This document shows positions 42,135 through 51,981 of a stretch of 64,000 nucleotides of DNA, piece by piece. This DNA comes from Candidatus Latescibacterota bacterium (GTDB lineage Bacteria > Latescibacterota > UBA2968 > UBA8231), in NCBI GenBank assembly GCA_965204725.1, contig OZ242005.1:5216001-5280000 (forward strand). The letters run 5' to 3'. Numbering within the stretch: position 1 is the stretch's first letter; the number at the start of each line of letters is the position of its first letter. The translations under genes were made by a program, and so were the position numbers. Below the pieces are notes generated by a model. The model was given only the letters and a program-made list of their open reading frames with translations. It ran no database searches and was not told the origin of the DNA.

Positions 42135-44054
42135 ATGCAGCGGCTGAAGAGCGTCTCCCTGCTGACCTTCATCGTCCTCGTCGCCGTGCTCGGCGCGGTG
42201 CATGTCTTGGTCCGCACTTCCACCTATGGGGCGACGATCACGCCGGACTCTGTATATTACCTGTCCGTTGCCGCCAACCTCAGTGCCGGAGAGGGCCTGC
42301 AAAACTTCAGAGGCGAAGGGGTCTCGCACTGGCCGCCGTTCTTTCCCGTCCTCTTGGCCGCCCTCAATCGGGGCGGAATCGAGCTGGTGGATGCCGGTCG
42401 GCTGGTCAGCGTCGTTGCCTTTGGCCTGACCATTTTGCTGTCGGGCCTTCATCTGCGCCGAACCCTCATCTCGCCCCTCCTTGCGGTCGGCGCGACGCTG
42501 GTTCTCGCAACCTCCTTTAACCTCACCCATTTCGCTTCCAGCATCCTGAGCGAGGCTTGCTTCATCCTGTTTGTGCTCCTCGCCCTGACCCAGATCGAGT
42601 CCTTTCTGACCCGAAGAGCCGCTTGGCCATCCCTCGCGCTCGCGGCGGTGTTCAGCACCTTGGCCGCGGTGACGAGGTTCGCGGGCGTGACGGTGATATT
42701 CACGGGAATTGGCCTGCTGCTTTTGCGTCGGGAGTGGCCGCTCGCCGCTCGCCTCAAGTCGGCGGCCTGCTATGGCGCGGTCGCGTCGGTTCCGCTGGTC
42801 GCTGTGCTGACATACAACTGGATTGTCTTCGGGGAGCTAGTGCGATCCTTCGTTCACGAGGGAGAACCCTATTCCCTGTCCCATTGGCTGCGCCGCACAC
42901 TCTTTCTATGCTACCGGGAGGTCGTCCCCGCGACCACGACCGCCTTCGTCGAGTATCTTCTCTGGGCCGGAGGTAGCCTCGCGGTCATCGGAGTAGCCGT
43001 AGTCTGTATGCGGCACAGGAACGAACTTGCCCAAACGCCCTCCTCCACCCTGTGGTCGGTCCTTCCATTGGCCGCGTTTGCCTGCGTGTTCCTAGCCTTC
43101 ATCGCCGTAGTGGTGCCGCTCAGGTTCGGTGCTTCATACATGGTGGTCCGATTCCTCATGCCGCTCCATGTGCCGCTGGTGCTGGTGGCGGCGATCCTGC
43201 TGGACCGATTCTTGGCGATCCGAAGCGAAGGCTGGGTGTCGGCGGTCAAGTGGGCTTCAGCCGCCCTCATACTGATTGGCTGCTGTGCGCTCGCCGGCCG
43301 CTCGACCATAAGCAGCCTCACCGCCACGGCGCAGGCTATAGAGTCTGGCTACTATGGCGACAAGTACAATACAGCCCACTGGGACGAGAGCGAAACAATC
43401 CGCTACCTGAAAGCCAACCCGACGGACGCAGTGATATACTCCAACCGCGATGGCCTGCTGTACACGGTGCTCGCGCTGGATGCCGGGATCAACGTCCGCG
43501 GGAAGTATCCCACTTTCGACGACTTGGGCAAATCACCTGTAATCCCGCCGGGTGAAAGCGGCCCAAGCGGAACGCACTTCGTTTGGCTGCACCAATTCGC
43601 ACCCTTCTATAGATTCGACGCCGCCGACTTGCGTGCCTTGCCCCAGCTAGAGCCGGTCGCCGAATTCGCCGATGGCGTCGTATTCAAAGTCAACAAAGCC
43701 TATGACACCGCCGCGGCCCTGCGGACAACGTATAAAGCTGTCGTAGCTGGCGAACCGGCCATCCGATCCACCTTTGATGTCTATCTCGGCGAAAATAATA
43801 CCTTGACCTACGTCAAACAGCCGTGTACTCGTGCCGACACGGAGGAGCCGTTCTTTCTGCACCTGTTTCCCGCCCACCGGGCGGACCGGCCCGACGTTGA
43901 CCGCCTAACCTTTGAATTCGACTGGCGCGGCGTCCGGTTCGACGGCAAGTGCTGGACCGAGCACGCGCTGCCCGAATACGCCATCGCCCGCATCCGCACC
44001 GGCCAAGGCAAGGCGTGGCAAGCCGAGTTCGACCTAGCCGACGCGGAGCATTAG
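42135..44054 (+). CDS. GT-C/ArnT-like polytopic membrane protein (copy 2, tandem paralog)
   Basis: Colinear with 39870-41786 from MQRLKSVSLL to WQAEFDLAD. Confidence 0.7.
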   Translation: MQRLKSVSLLTFIVLVAVLGAVHVLVRTSTYGATITPDSVYYLSVAANLSAGEGLQNFRGEGVSHWPPFFPVLLAALNRGGIELVDAGRLVSVVAFGLTILLSGLHLRRTLISPLLAVGATLVLATSFNLTHFASSILSEACFILFVLLALTQIESFLTRRAAWPSLALAAVFSTLAAVTRFAGVTVIFTGIGLLLLRREWPLAARLKSAACYGAVASVPLVAVLTYNWIVFGELVRSFVHEGEPYSLSHWLRRTLFLCYREVVPATTTAFVEYLLWAGGSLAVIGVAVVCMRHRNELAQTPSSTLWSVLPLAAFACVFLAFIAVVVPLRFGASYMVVRFLMPLHVPLVLVAAILLDRFLAIRSEGWVSAVKWASAALILIGCCALAGRSTISSLTATAQAIESGYYGDKYNTAHWDESETIRYLKANPTDAVIYSNRDGLLYTVLALDAGINVRGKYPTFDDLGKSPVIPPGESGPSGTHFVWLHQFAPFYRFDAADLRALPQLEPVAEFADGVVFKVNKAYDTAAALRTTYKAVVAGEPAIRSTFDVYLGENNTLTYVKQPCTRADTEEPFFLHLFPAHRADRPDVDRLTFEFDWRGVRFDGKCWTEHALPEYAIARIRTGQGKAWQAEFDLADAEH

Positions 44055-44196
44055 TCCACCTCTATCCCATGCAAGTAGAATCGAGAACTCGGCCCTCTTT
44101 TGGCCCAACCCCTTCACTTGGCTTATTATTTGTAGGGAACCCCTGATCAAGTCGGTTTGCTAAAAAACCATCCTAATTGAAATTGAAGAGGAACCA

Positions 44197-45618
44197 ATGT
44201 CCCCCCGAAAGTTAATCTCCCTACAGCAGGCTTTTGCGACTCCGCTCGACGAGGCCAATCACTACTACCGTCGGCATGTAAACGACAAGCTGCTCACCCT
44301 CTATTCAATCCTCGGCACCGGCAATTTGGAGTACACAAGCGCGCGAGGGTCCGAGCTCAAACTGGCGGATGGGACGACCGTTCTCGACTTCACTTCAGCG
44401 ATGGGCAGCCTCTCGTTAGGCCACAACCATCCGCACATCGTGGCGGCCGAAAAAGCCTGCCACGATCGCGAACTGGTTGACATGATGAAAGTCGGGCCGA
44501 GCCGAATCCAAGGCGTTCTCGCCTACAACATTGCCCAAATTTTGGGACCGGCACTCGACACGACGATATTCTGCGTCACCGGGGCGGAAGCCGTTGAGGC
44601 GGCCATGAAACTTTGCGAGATCGCCCAAGGGCCTAAGCGACGCAAATTCCTCGTGGCCTCCGGGTCCTTCCACGGCAAATCGCATACCACGCTGTCGATA
44701 ACGAGGAGCGGCGACTACGGACGCGGCGTTCTGCACGGGCTGCCGCCCGAATGCATCCTCGAGGTGCCTTTTGGTGACGCGGACGCGGCCCGAGCGAAAG
44801 TCGCAACTCATGCCGACAGCATCGTTGCCGCGGTCCTCGAACCAATTCAGGGGCAGGCGGTGGTCGTGCCGCCGGACGGGTATCTCAACGAGGTGGGGAA
44901 AATCTGCAAAGACGCCGGCATTCTGCTGGTGCTCGATGAAACCAAGGTCGGGCTGTGCAGAACGGGCCGGATGTTCGCTTATGAGTGGGACGACGCCGCG
45001 CCGGACGCACTCGTGTTCGGCAAGGCTCTCGGGGGAGGCAAACGCGCAATGTCAGTCGTTGCGACCTCCCGTGAACTCTTCCGCCGGGCCTATGGCACGC
45101 GGCAGTCCTGCGCCTTGCAAACGACGACCTTCGGGGGCATCGGGGAGTCGTGCGCGGTGGCGATTGAAACGCTCAATTTCATGGTGGACCAAGATCTGGC
45201 CGCGCAAGCTGAGAGCAAGGGAGCGTACCTGTACGCCGGGTTGCAGCGGATCCAAGAAAAATTTCCCGCATTCGTGCGCGAGATCCGCGGCCGCGGCCTG
45301 TTTCAAGGCATCCACTTGAGGCTCCGGCCCCGCGTCACGGCTGCGTTTGGTGCCCTCGATACGAAAACCGTCAAATCCGCCGCGGCCGCAGCCTTCATAA
45401 ACTACATGCTACGCAAGCACCGCATACTCCTGCATTTCGTCGATAGCGACCCTGACGTGGTCCACATCATGCCGCCGCTGACCGCGTCAACCGAGGAACT
45501 AGACCGGCTCTTGGATGCCCTACAGGCCACTTTTGAAGCTGGCTTGGGGCGCATTGCGTCGAACTTCGCCCAGCATCTTGGCGATCAAGCAATGGCCTTG
45601 CTTAAGAGTCGAGAGTAA
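44197..45618 (+). CDS. Class III PLP-dependent aminotransferase
   Basis: LGHNHP, GAEAVEAAMK, SFHGK, EPIQG, FGKALGGG, TTFGG, RGRGL. Confidence 0.9.
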   Translation: MSPRKLISLQQAFATPLDEANHYYRRHVNDKLLTLYSILGTGNLEYTSARGSELKLADGTTVLDFTSAMGSLSLGHNHPHIVAAEKACHDRELVDMMKVGPSRIQGVLAYNIAQILGPALDTTIFCVTGAEAVEAAMKLCEIAQGPKRRKFLVASGSFHGKSHTTLSITRSGDYGRGVLHGLPPECILEVPFGDADAARAKVATHADSIVAAVLEPIQGQAVVVPPDGYLNEVGKICKDAGILLVLDETKVGLCRTGRMFAYEWDDAAPDALVFGKALGGGKRAMSVVATSRELFRRAYGTRQSCALQTTTFGGIGESCAVAIETLNFMVDQDLAAQAESKGAYLYAGLQRIQEKFPAFVREIRGRGLFQGIHLRLRPRVTAAFGALDTKTVKSAAAAAFINYMLRKHRILLHFVDSDPDVVHIMPPLTASTEELDRLLDALQATFEAGLGRIASNFAQHLGDQAMALLKSRE

Positions 45619-45624
45619 GTCCAA

Positions 45625-46227
45625 TCAGTCGAGTTGCTTCAACGAGACGATTCGCAGCCCATTGACTTCTTCCAACACCTCGGTTTTATAGGGTTTCGTC
45701 AAAGACATTTCCGGCGGGTACAAAGACATCATAACCACGCCTCCTTCCGCCAAATAGCGCGGTGCCTCTTCGAGAAAACGGCGCAGCAATTCCATCCTTT
45801 GTTTCTTGACCAAGAAGTACACGATGGCGATGACGACGCGGTTGTTGCGCGGCATCAGGGACTTTATGAACTCCAACGGTGCCGCAGGAGCCGAGGTGTG
45901 CCCCAGAGGAGGATTGAAAACAATCAGATCAAATAGACCGGAGACGCCGCTGAACAGGTCGCTGTACTTGAACTCCAGTTCTAGGTCGTTTGCACGAGCG
46001 TTGCCGTTTGCACACTGGAGCGCGGTGCTGTTGACATCGACCCCCATGCTCTGCCAGCCGCAAGACCTAAGATATAGCGCGATGAAGCCGGTTCCGGTGC
46101 CAATGTCGAGGGCTGTCTCGCCCGCTTGCCGCCCCGCGTGGTTCGCCATACTAAGCGTATCGGGGCCAACCCGGGAGACCCCGGGCGAGTTGTTGACGAG
46201 AATGTCGTTGAATTCCTTGTATTTCAT
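45625..46227 (-). CDS. Class I SAM-dependent methyltransferase (HemK2/MTQ2-like)
   Basis: LDIGTGTG, SDLF, FDLIVFNPP. Confidence 0.85.
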   Translation of the reverse strand: MKYKEFNDILVNNSPGVSRVGPDTLSMANHAGRQAGETALDIGTGTGFIALYLRSCGWQSMGVDVNSTALQCANGNARANDLELEFKYSDLFSGVSGLFDLIVFNPPLGHTSAPAAPLEFIKSLMPRNNRVVIAIVYFLVKKQRMELLRRFLEEAPRYLAEGGVVMMSLYPPEMSLTKPYKTEVLEEVNGLRIVSLKQLD

Positions 46228-46294
46228 AAGAGCCTTTCTTGGCGACTGCCGCTAGGCGGCCGAGGAGGTTTACCCGCGCCTGTATCCCAGCCCA

Positions 46295-48139
46295 TCACGG
46301 GCTGATTGACGCGGGCACGGGGGGTGTCGTCGTCTGCTGGGCCATGGACCCGCCCACCGGCTGTAGGCGGATGAAGGTCTTGAGCAACTCCCACTGCCAG
46401 GAGTGCGGAAAGCCGTAAGGGTCTTGCTGGCTCGGCCAGCCGGTCCAGTGGGTCGTGTTGCAAGGATAGCGGATGATGAGCTGCGCCAAGAAGATGTCGG
46501 GCAACTCCTCCACCCAGATCTCCATGGCCTCGACGAACAGCTCCAACAGCTCCTCATCGCCCACTTGCAGGGGCGCGATGCGCTCGACGATGCGGTCGAA
46601 CTCCTCGTTGCGCCAGCGCGAGGTGGTTGACCACAGCGGCGCCGGCTGGCCGGTGGGCCGGACGTATTGGGAGGTGTAGTAAGACAGCATCAGATAAGGA
46701 TCCATGCCCTGCACCCCGCTAGGCCCTTTGCAGCCGAGGGAGGCGGCCTGCTCCCCGGTCTGCACGAGCGAGGTCAGGCCCGGCGAGGTATCAAAGCTCG
46801 CATCGAACCCAGCATCGCGCAGTTGCTGCGTCAGGGGCGGACCGTACGCTCGCAGCCACTGCGGCACAAACAGGGCGATCTCGAGCCGCTCGCCCTCCGC
46901 GTCGGTCCACAAGCCCTCGTCGTCTTTGCGATAGCCTTTTGCCTCCATGATCCGGTTCACCTCTTGCGGGTGCGGGTCGGCGTCGTACCCGTGCCGAGCG
47001 AGAATCTCCTGTAGGGCCTCGTCAAAAGGCGCGAACCAGTCGTAGGGCGTGAAGGGATGCAACGCGACCACGCCCGCCCCGGACTCGGCGAGTTGGACGA
47101 GTTTTTTCCGGTCGATGGCCATGCTGATCGCCCGGCGAATCTGCGGGTCGTCAAAGGGCGGCTCCGAGCAGTTCATGTTGAGGTCAATGGGACACCAGTC
47201 GAGATAGCCGTAGGGCGGCTGCCGATCGGAGAAGGTCACGACCCGTGCGTTGCGTTCGAGGACGCTTTCGAGGGTGAGCACCTGCATGATGGGCGCCATG
47301 TCGAGCTGATCGGTCAGCAGCAGTTGCGCCGCTTGGCTCTCCTCCTGCTGCGGCACGTAGATGATCCGCTCGATCTTCGGCAGGGGTTTGAACCCGGTCT
47401 GGGCTGCCCACCAGTCTGGTCGCAGGTCGTAGATTTTCTGGTACGGCGAAGCGTACACAAGGCGGTAAGGCCCCGTGCCGAGGGGCAGGCCCTCCTCGAT
47501 GTCGTGGAAGGTGAACTCTAAGGGGTCTTGGTCCTTCCATATATGCTCGGGCAAGATGAAGACGCCGTGGTTGCTGCTCAGGGTGGTCGCCCAAAACGCA
47601 GGCCCCGCCTTTTTGAGCACCAGCCGCACCGTGTGGTCATTGATGACTTCGGTGGAGTCGAAAAACTCGGGCAGATCGGCCAGATGGACCATGGACTCGG
47701 CGTGGTCGCGCAGCATGTTGAAGGTGAAGGCCACGTCGCGGGCGGTGAAGGGCCGCCCGTCCGCCCATTCAATGCCCTCGCGGAGCTTTACGGTGATCAC
47801 GGTCGCGCTATCGTCGTACTCCCAGTGCTCGGCCAGCCAGTTTTCGTGATCCCCGGTGAGCACATTGTACATGATCAGCGGCTCAAACATCGCCGGTAGC
47901 GTACCCAGGTGGTATCCTTGGTCGGAGCCGGGGATATAGGGGTTTTGATTGTCGAACAGGGGATACTGGCTCGGGCCGCCGTTCATCACGATCAAGGTGC
48001 GGTCCCGAGGGACATCCTCCAGCACCACACCCGGCCCGCAGCCAGCCAGCACTGCGATCAGTAGGGGCAGCCCGCGCCCAAAGGACGCCTTGGCGAACAA
48101 AACTAGTTGGTACAGGTGCTTCCTCCTCATGCTCCACAT
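46295..48139 (-). CDS. Family 5 (peptide/nickel-type) ABC substrate-binding lipoprotein, copy 2
   Basis: Lipobox LAGC, LAEHWE, W.DG..FT..DV.FT, GTGPY, IRRAISMAIDR. Confidence 0.9.
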   Translation of the reverse strand: MWSMRRKHLYQLVLFAKASFGRGLPLLIAVLAGCGPGVVLEDVPRDRTLIVMNGGPSQYPLFDNQNPYIPGSDQGYHLGTLPAMFEPLIMYNVLTGDHENWLAEHWEYDDSATVITVKLREGIEWADGRPFTARDVAFTFNMLRDHAESMVHLADLPEFFDSTEVINDHTVRLVLKKAGPAFWATTLSSNHGVFILPEHIWKDQDPLEFTFHDIEEGLPLGTGPYRLVYASPYQKIYDLRPDWWAAQTGFKPLPKIERIIYVPQQEESQAAQLLLTDQLDMAPIMQVLTLESVLERNARVVTFSDRQPPYGYLDWCPIDLNMNCSEPPFDDPQIRRAISMAIDRKKLVQLAESGAGVVALHPFTPYDWFAPFDEALQEILARHGYDADPHPQEVNRIMEAKGYRKDDEGLWTDAEGERLEIALFVPQWLRAYGPPLTQQLRDAGFDASFDTSPGLTSLVQTGEQAASLGCKGPSGVQGMDPYLMLSYYTSQYVRPTGQPAPLWSTTSRWRNEEFDRIVERIAPLQVGDEELLELFVEAMEIWVEELPDIFLAQLIIRYPCNTTHWTGWPSQQDPYGFPHSWQWELLKTFIRLQPVGGSMAQQTTTPPVPASISP

Positions 48140-48142
48140 CGT

Positions 48143-49963
48143 TTATCTCTCTCCATAGGACAGGCCGGCGATCTGCTCTTTGCCCGTGCCTGTAACTGAC
48201 GCGGACACGGGGGGTGCCGTCGTCCGCTGGGGCTCCGATTCGCCCGCTGGCTTCAAGCGGATGAAGATCTTGAGCGTCTCCCACTGCAAGGGGTTCAGAA
48301 AGCTGTAAGGGTCTTGCTGGCTCGGCCAGCCGGTCCAGTAGGTCGTGTTGCAAGGATGGCGGATGATGAGCTGGCCCAAGAAGATGTCGGGCAACTCCCT
48401 CACCCAGATCTCCATGGCCTCGACGAACAGCCCCAACAGCTTCTCATCGCCCACTTGCAGGGGCGCGATGCGGTCGACGATGCGGTCGAACTCTTCGTTG
48501 CGCCAGCGCGGGGAGTTTGACCACGACACCGATCGGGAGGTATAGTAAGATAGCATCAGATAGGGATCCATGCCCTGCACCCCGCTGGGCCCCTTGCAGC
48601 CGAGGGAGACGGGCGGGGTCTGACCCGGCTCGGTACTCGCGTCGAAACCAGCGTCGCGCAGTTGCTCAATTAGGGGCGGAGTATAAGTTGATGCCCACCC
48701 CTGAATGGTGATCTCGAGCCGCTCGCCCTCCGCGTCGGTCCACAAGCCCTCGTCGTCTTTGCGATAGCCTTTTGCCTCCATGATCCGGCTCACCTCTTGC
48801 GGGTGTGGGTCGGCGTCGTACCCGTGCCGAGCGAGGATCTCCTGTAGGGCCTCGTCAAAAGGCGCGAACCAGTCGTAGGGCGTGAAGGGATGCAGCGCGA
48901 CCACGCCCGCCCCGGACTCGGCGAGTTGGACGAGTTTTTTTCGGTCAATGGCCATGCTGATCGCCCGGCGAATCTGCGGATCGTCAAAGGGCGGCTCCGA
49001 GCAGTTCATGTTGAGGTCAATGGGGCACCAGTCGAGATAGCCGTAGGGCGGCTGCCGATCGGAGAAGGTCACGACCTGTGCGCTGCGCTCCAAGACGCTT
49101 TCGATGCTAGGCACCTGCATGACGGATGCTATGTCGAGCTGATCGGTCAGCAGCAGTTGCGCCGCTTGACTCTCCTCCTGCTCCGGCACGTAGATGATGC
49201 GCTCGACCTTCGGCAGGGGTTTGAATCCGGTCTTGGCCGCCCACCAGTCTGGGCGCAGGTCGTAGATTTTCTGGTGCGGCGAAGCGTACACGAGCCGGTA
49301 GGGGCCCGTGCCGAGGGGCAGACCCGCCTTGATGTCGTGGAAGGTGAACTCTAAGGGGTCTTGATCCTTCCATATATGCTCAGGCAAGATGAAGACGCCG
49401 TGGTTGGTACTCAGGGTGGTCGCCCAAAACGCAGGCCCCGCTTTTTTGAGCACCAGCCGCACCGTGTGGTCGTCAATGACTTCGGTGGAGTCGAAAAACT
49501 CGGGCAGATCGGCCAGATGGCCCATGGACTCGGTGTGGTCGCGCAGCATGTTGAAGGTGAAGGCCACGTCGCGGGTGGTGAAGGGCTGTCCATCCGCCCA
49601 TTCGATGCCCTCGCGGAGCTTTACGGTGATCACGGTCGCGCTATCGTCGTACTCCCAGTGCTCGGCCAGCCAGTTTTCGTGCTCCCCGGTGAGCACATTG
49701 AACATGATCAGCGGCTCAAACATCGCCGGCAGCGTACCCAGATGGAAGGAGCCGGCGGTATAGGGGTTATGGTTGTCGAACAGGGGATACTGGCCCGAAC
49801 CGCCGTACATCACGATCAAGGTGCGGTCCCGGGGGACATCCTCCAGCACCACATCCGGCCCGCAGCTAGCCAGCACCGCGCCCAATAGGGGCAGCCCGTG
49901 CCCAAAGGACGCCTTGGCGAACAAAACTAGTTGGTATAGGTGCTTCCTGCCTATGCTCCACAT
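48143..49963 (-). CDS. Family 5 ABC substrate-binding lipoprotein, copy 1
   Basis: Lipobox LASC and the same motifs; long stretches nearly identical to copy 2. Confidence 0.88.
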   Translation of the reverse strand: MWSIGRKHLYQLVLFAKASFGHGLPLLGAVLASCGPDVVLEDVPRDRTLIVMYGGSGQYPLFDNHNPYTAGSFHLGTLPAMFEPLIMFNVLTGEHENWLAEHWEYDDSATVITVKLREGIEWADGQPFTTRDVAFTFNMLRDHTESMGHLADLPEFFDSTEVIDDHTVRLVLKKAGPAFWATTLSTNHGVFILPEHIWKDQDPLEFTFHDIKAGLPLGTGPYRLVYASPHQKIYDLRPDWWAAKTGFKPLPKVERIIYVPEQEESQAAQLLLTDQLDIASVMQVPSIESVLERSAQVVTFSDRQPPYGYLDWCPIDLNMNCSEPPFDDPQIRRAISMAIDRKKLVQLAESGAGVVALHPFTPYDWFAPFDEALQEILARHGYDADPHPQEVSRIMEAKGYRKDDEGLWTDAEGERLEITIQGWASTYTPPLIEQLRDAGFDASTEPGQTPPVSLGCKGPSGVQGMDPYLMLSYYTSRSVSWSNSPRWRNEEFDRIVDRIAPLQVGDEKLLGLFVEAMEIWVRELPDIFLGQLIIRHPCNTTYWTGWPSQQDPYSFLNPLQWETLKIFIRLKPAGESEPQRTTAPPVSASVTGTGKEQIAGLSYGER

Positions 49964-49966
49964 CGT

Positions 49967-51001
49967 TTACCTCTCTCCATAGGACAGGCCAGCGACCTGC
50001 TCTTCCGACAGGACGGGGGCGTCCTCGTAGAGATAACAGGCCGCGGCGCGGCCGGTATCGGTCTGCACTAGTGGCGGGTGCTGGCGGCGACAGCGGGGCA
50101 TGACCTGAGGGCAGCGCTCGGCAAAGGCACAGCCGCCGGTGGTGCTTGGAATTTTCGCGCCCTCTTCGCCGCCAAGCGCGACCTCAGGGGTGCCTTGTCC
50201 CCAGCGGCGTTTTGCGTCCGGCAAAGGGATGGAACGGACGAGCAACTGCGTATAGGGGTGTTTCGGGGCCTTGATGACCTGCTCCACGTCGCCTACCTCG
50301 ACCACGACTCCTTGGTACATGACGAGAATGGTGTGGCTCAACTGGTACGCCGTGGTTAGATCGTGGCTGATGTACACCAGACTGATGCCGCGCTCCCGGT
50401 GGATGCGGGCCAAGGTCTCCAAGATGGTAGCGCGCAACGAGGCATCCACCATGGACACCGGCTCGTCGGCCACGATCACGCGCGGGTCGAGCAGCAGCGC
50501 CCGCGCCACCATGACGCGCTGGCACTGACCGCCGCTCAGCTGGTGGGGATAGCGGCCAAGCGTCTCCTCTGGGCGCAGGCCGACCGCTTGCAGACCCTCC
50601 TCAATCCGCTGCCGCCGCTGGGGGCGCGACAGCGCCGGGAAGAACTTGGCGATCGGCACCGTTAGGGTATGGTTCACCCGGTAGAAGGGGTTGAACACCT
50701 CAAAAGGATCCTGAAACACGGCCTGCACCTGCCGGCGAAAGGTCTGGCGCGCCTTGGCGTTGAGTTGGCGCAGCTCCGCGCCCCGGTAGCGGACCGAACC
50801 GCCGGTGGGAGGCAGGATGCCCAGCAGCAGGCGCGCCAAGGTGGTCTTGCCGCTGCCACTCTCGCCGGCGATGGCGACCACCACGGGATCGTCGGCCGGG
50901 ATCACCAGCGAGGCGGCGGCGACGGCCGCGACTCGGGGGCCGAACAGGCCGCGGCCAAAGGTCCGGCTAGCGCCCCGCGCTTCAAGCAGTGGTGTGATCA
51001 T
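49967..51001 (-). CDS. Oligopeptide-type ABC ATP-binding subunit (OppF/DppF-like)
   Basis: GESGSGKT, LSGGQ, ADEP, HPYT, C.FA.RCP. Confidence 0.92.
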   Translation of the reverse strand: MITPLLEARGASRTFGRGLFGPRVAAVAAASLVIPADDPVVVAIAGESGSGKTTLARLLLGILPPTGGSVRYRGAELRQLNAKARQTFRRQVQAVFQDPFEVFNPFYRVNHTLTVPIAKFFPALSRPQRRQRIEEGLQAVGLRPEETLGRYPHQLSGGQCQRVMVARALLLDPRVIVADEPVSMVDASLRATILETLARIHRERGISLVYISHDLTTAYQLSHTILVMYQGVVVEVGDVEQVIKAPKHPYTQLLVRSIPLPDAKRRWGQGTPEVALGGEEGAKIPSTTGGCAFAERCPQVMPRCRRQHPPLVQTDTGRAAACYLYEDAPVLSEEQVAGLSYGER

Positions 51002-51981
51002 GAACCCTCCGTGTGCAGGTGACAGGCCACTCGATGCTCGGTCGCGACCACTTTCAGCCCCGGTACGCGGGTCGAGCAGCGATCCAGTGCCTGCGGACAG
51101 CGCGGGTGGAAGGGGCAACCCGGCGGCGGGTCCAGCAGCGAGGGGGGCAGTCCGGGGATGCCGCGGAATACGCCCTTGTGCTCCAGAGACGGCAGGCTTT
51201 CTACCAGCATGCGCGTGTACGGATGCAGCGGTGCTTCGAGTAGGCCCTGCACAGGCCCAAGCTCGGCCAACCGGCCGGCGTACATCACGCCGATGCGGTC
51301 CACGCACTGAGCCATTAGGCCCATGTCGTGGCCGACCAAAATCACGGCCGCGTCGAGTTCCTGTTGCAGGCGGAACAAGGTGTCCATCACCCGCTTTTGC
51401 ACGACCACGTCCAAGGCACTAGTTGGCTCGTCGGCAATGATCACCTCGGGACGCAAGGCTACTGCCATGGCCATGCCGATGCGCTGCTTCATGCCGCCGC
51501 TGAGCTCGTGGGGGTACATGCGCGCGGTCGCCGGGTCTAGCTCGACTAGGGCCAGCAGGCTTTTCACCCGCTCCTGCAGGGCCGCGCGGTCTGGTCGCTC
51601 CTCGTGCGCCGCAATCGTGTCGGCTATCTGCGCCCCCACCCGCATCACTGGATTGAGCGAGTTCATCACGCCTTGGGGGATCAGGGAAATGCGCGAAAAG
51701 CGCACGCCCCGCAGCTCCTCCTCGGATAGCGCGAGCAACTCCAGTTCGCCGAGATTGATCCGGCCTGCTTCGATCCGCCCGGGGGGCCGGATCAGCCGCA
51801 TCAGGGCCAGGGCCGTCGTGGATTTGCCCGAGCCCGATTCGCCGGCCAAGCCCAGCCGCTCGCCCGAGCGCAGCTCAAATTCGACGCCCTCCACGGCGCG
51901 CACCGGCCCCCTCGGCGTGTGGTAGTGGACGCGCAGGTCCTGCACCCGCAGCACGATTCGGCACTTGCGGCCGGCGTTCAC
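50998..51981 (-). CDS. Oligopeptide-type ABC ATP-binding subunit (OppD/DppD-like)
   Basis: GESGSGKS, LSGGM, DEPTSALD, GCPFHPRCP; GTG start overlaps the permease stop. Confidence 0.92.
   Translation of the reverse strand: MNAGRKCRIVLRVQDLRVHYHTPRGPVRAVEGVEFELRSGERLGLAGESGSGKSTTALALMRLIRPPGRIEAGRINLGELELLALSEEELRGVRFSRISLIPQGVMNSLNPVMRVGAQIADTIAAHEERPDRAALQERVKSLLALVELDPATARMYPHELSGGMKQRIGMAMAVALRPEVIIADEPTSALDVVVQKRVMDTLFRLQQELDAAVILVGHDMGLMAQCVDRIGVMYAGRLAELGPVQGLLEAPLHPYTRMLVESLPSLEHKGVFRGIPGLPPSLLDPPPGCPFHPRCPQALDRCSTRVPGLKVVATEHRVACHLHTEGS

Larger units (their letters stand above)
46289..50004. repeat. Approximately 1.85-kb tandem duplication covering the SBP gene and the last codons of the upstream ATPase
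   Basis: CTCTCTCCATAGGACAGGCC.GCGA.CTGCTCTT occurs near both 48147-48180 and 49971-50004. Confidence 0.85.

Noticed and set aside
39870-49963. Paralog pairs as template/variable repeats of a diversity-generating retroelement
   Set aside because: Differences include indels and do not appear confined to adenines; both copies are full genes; no reverse transcriptase in the window
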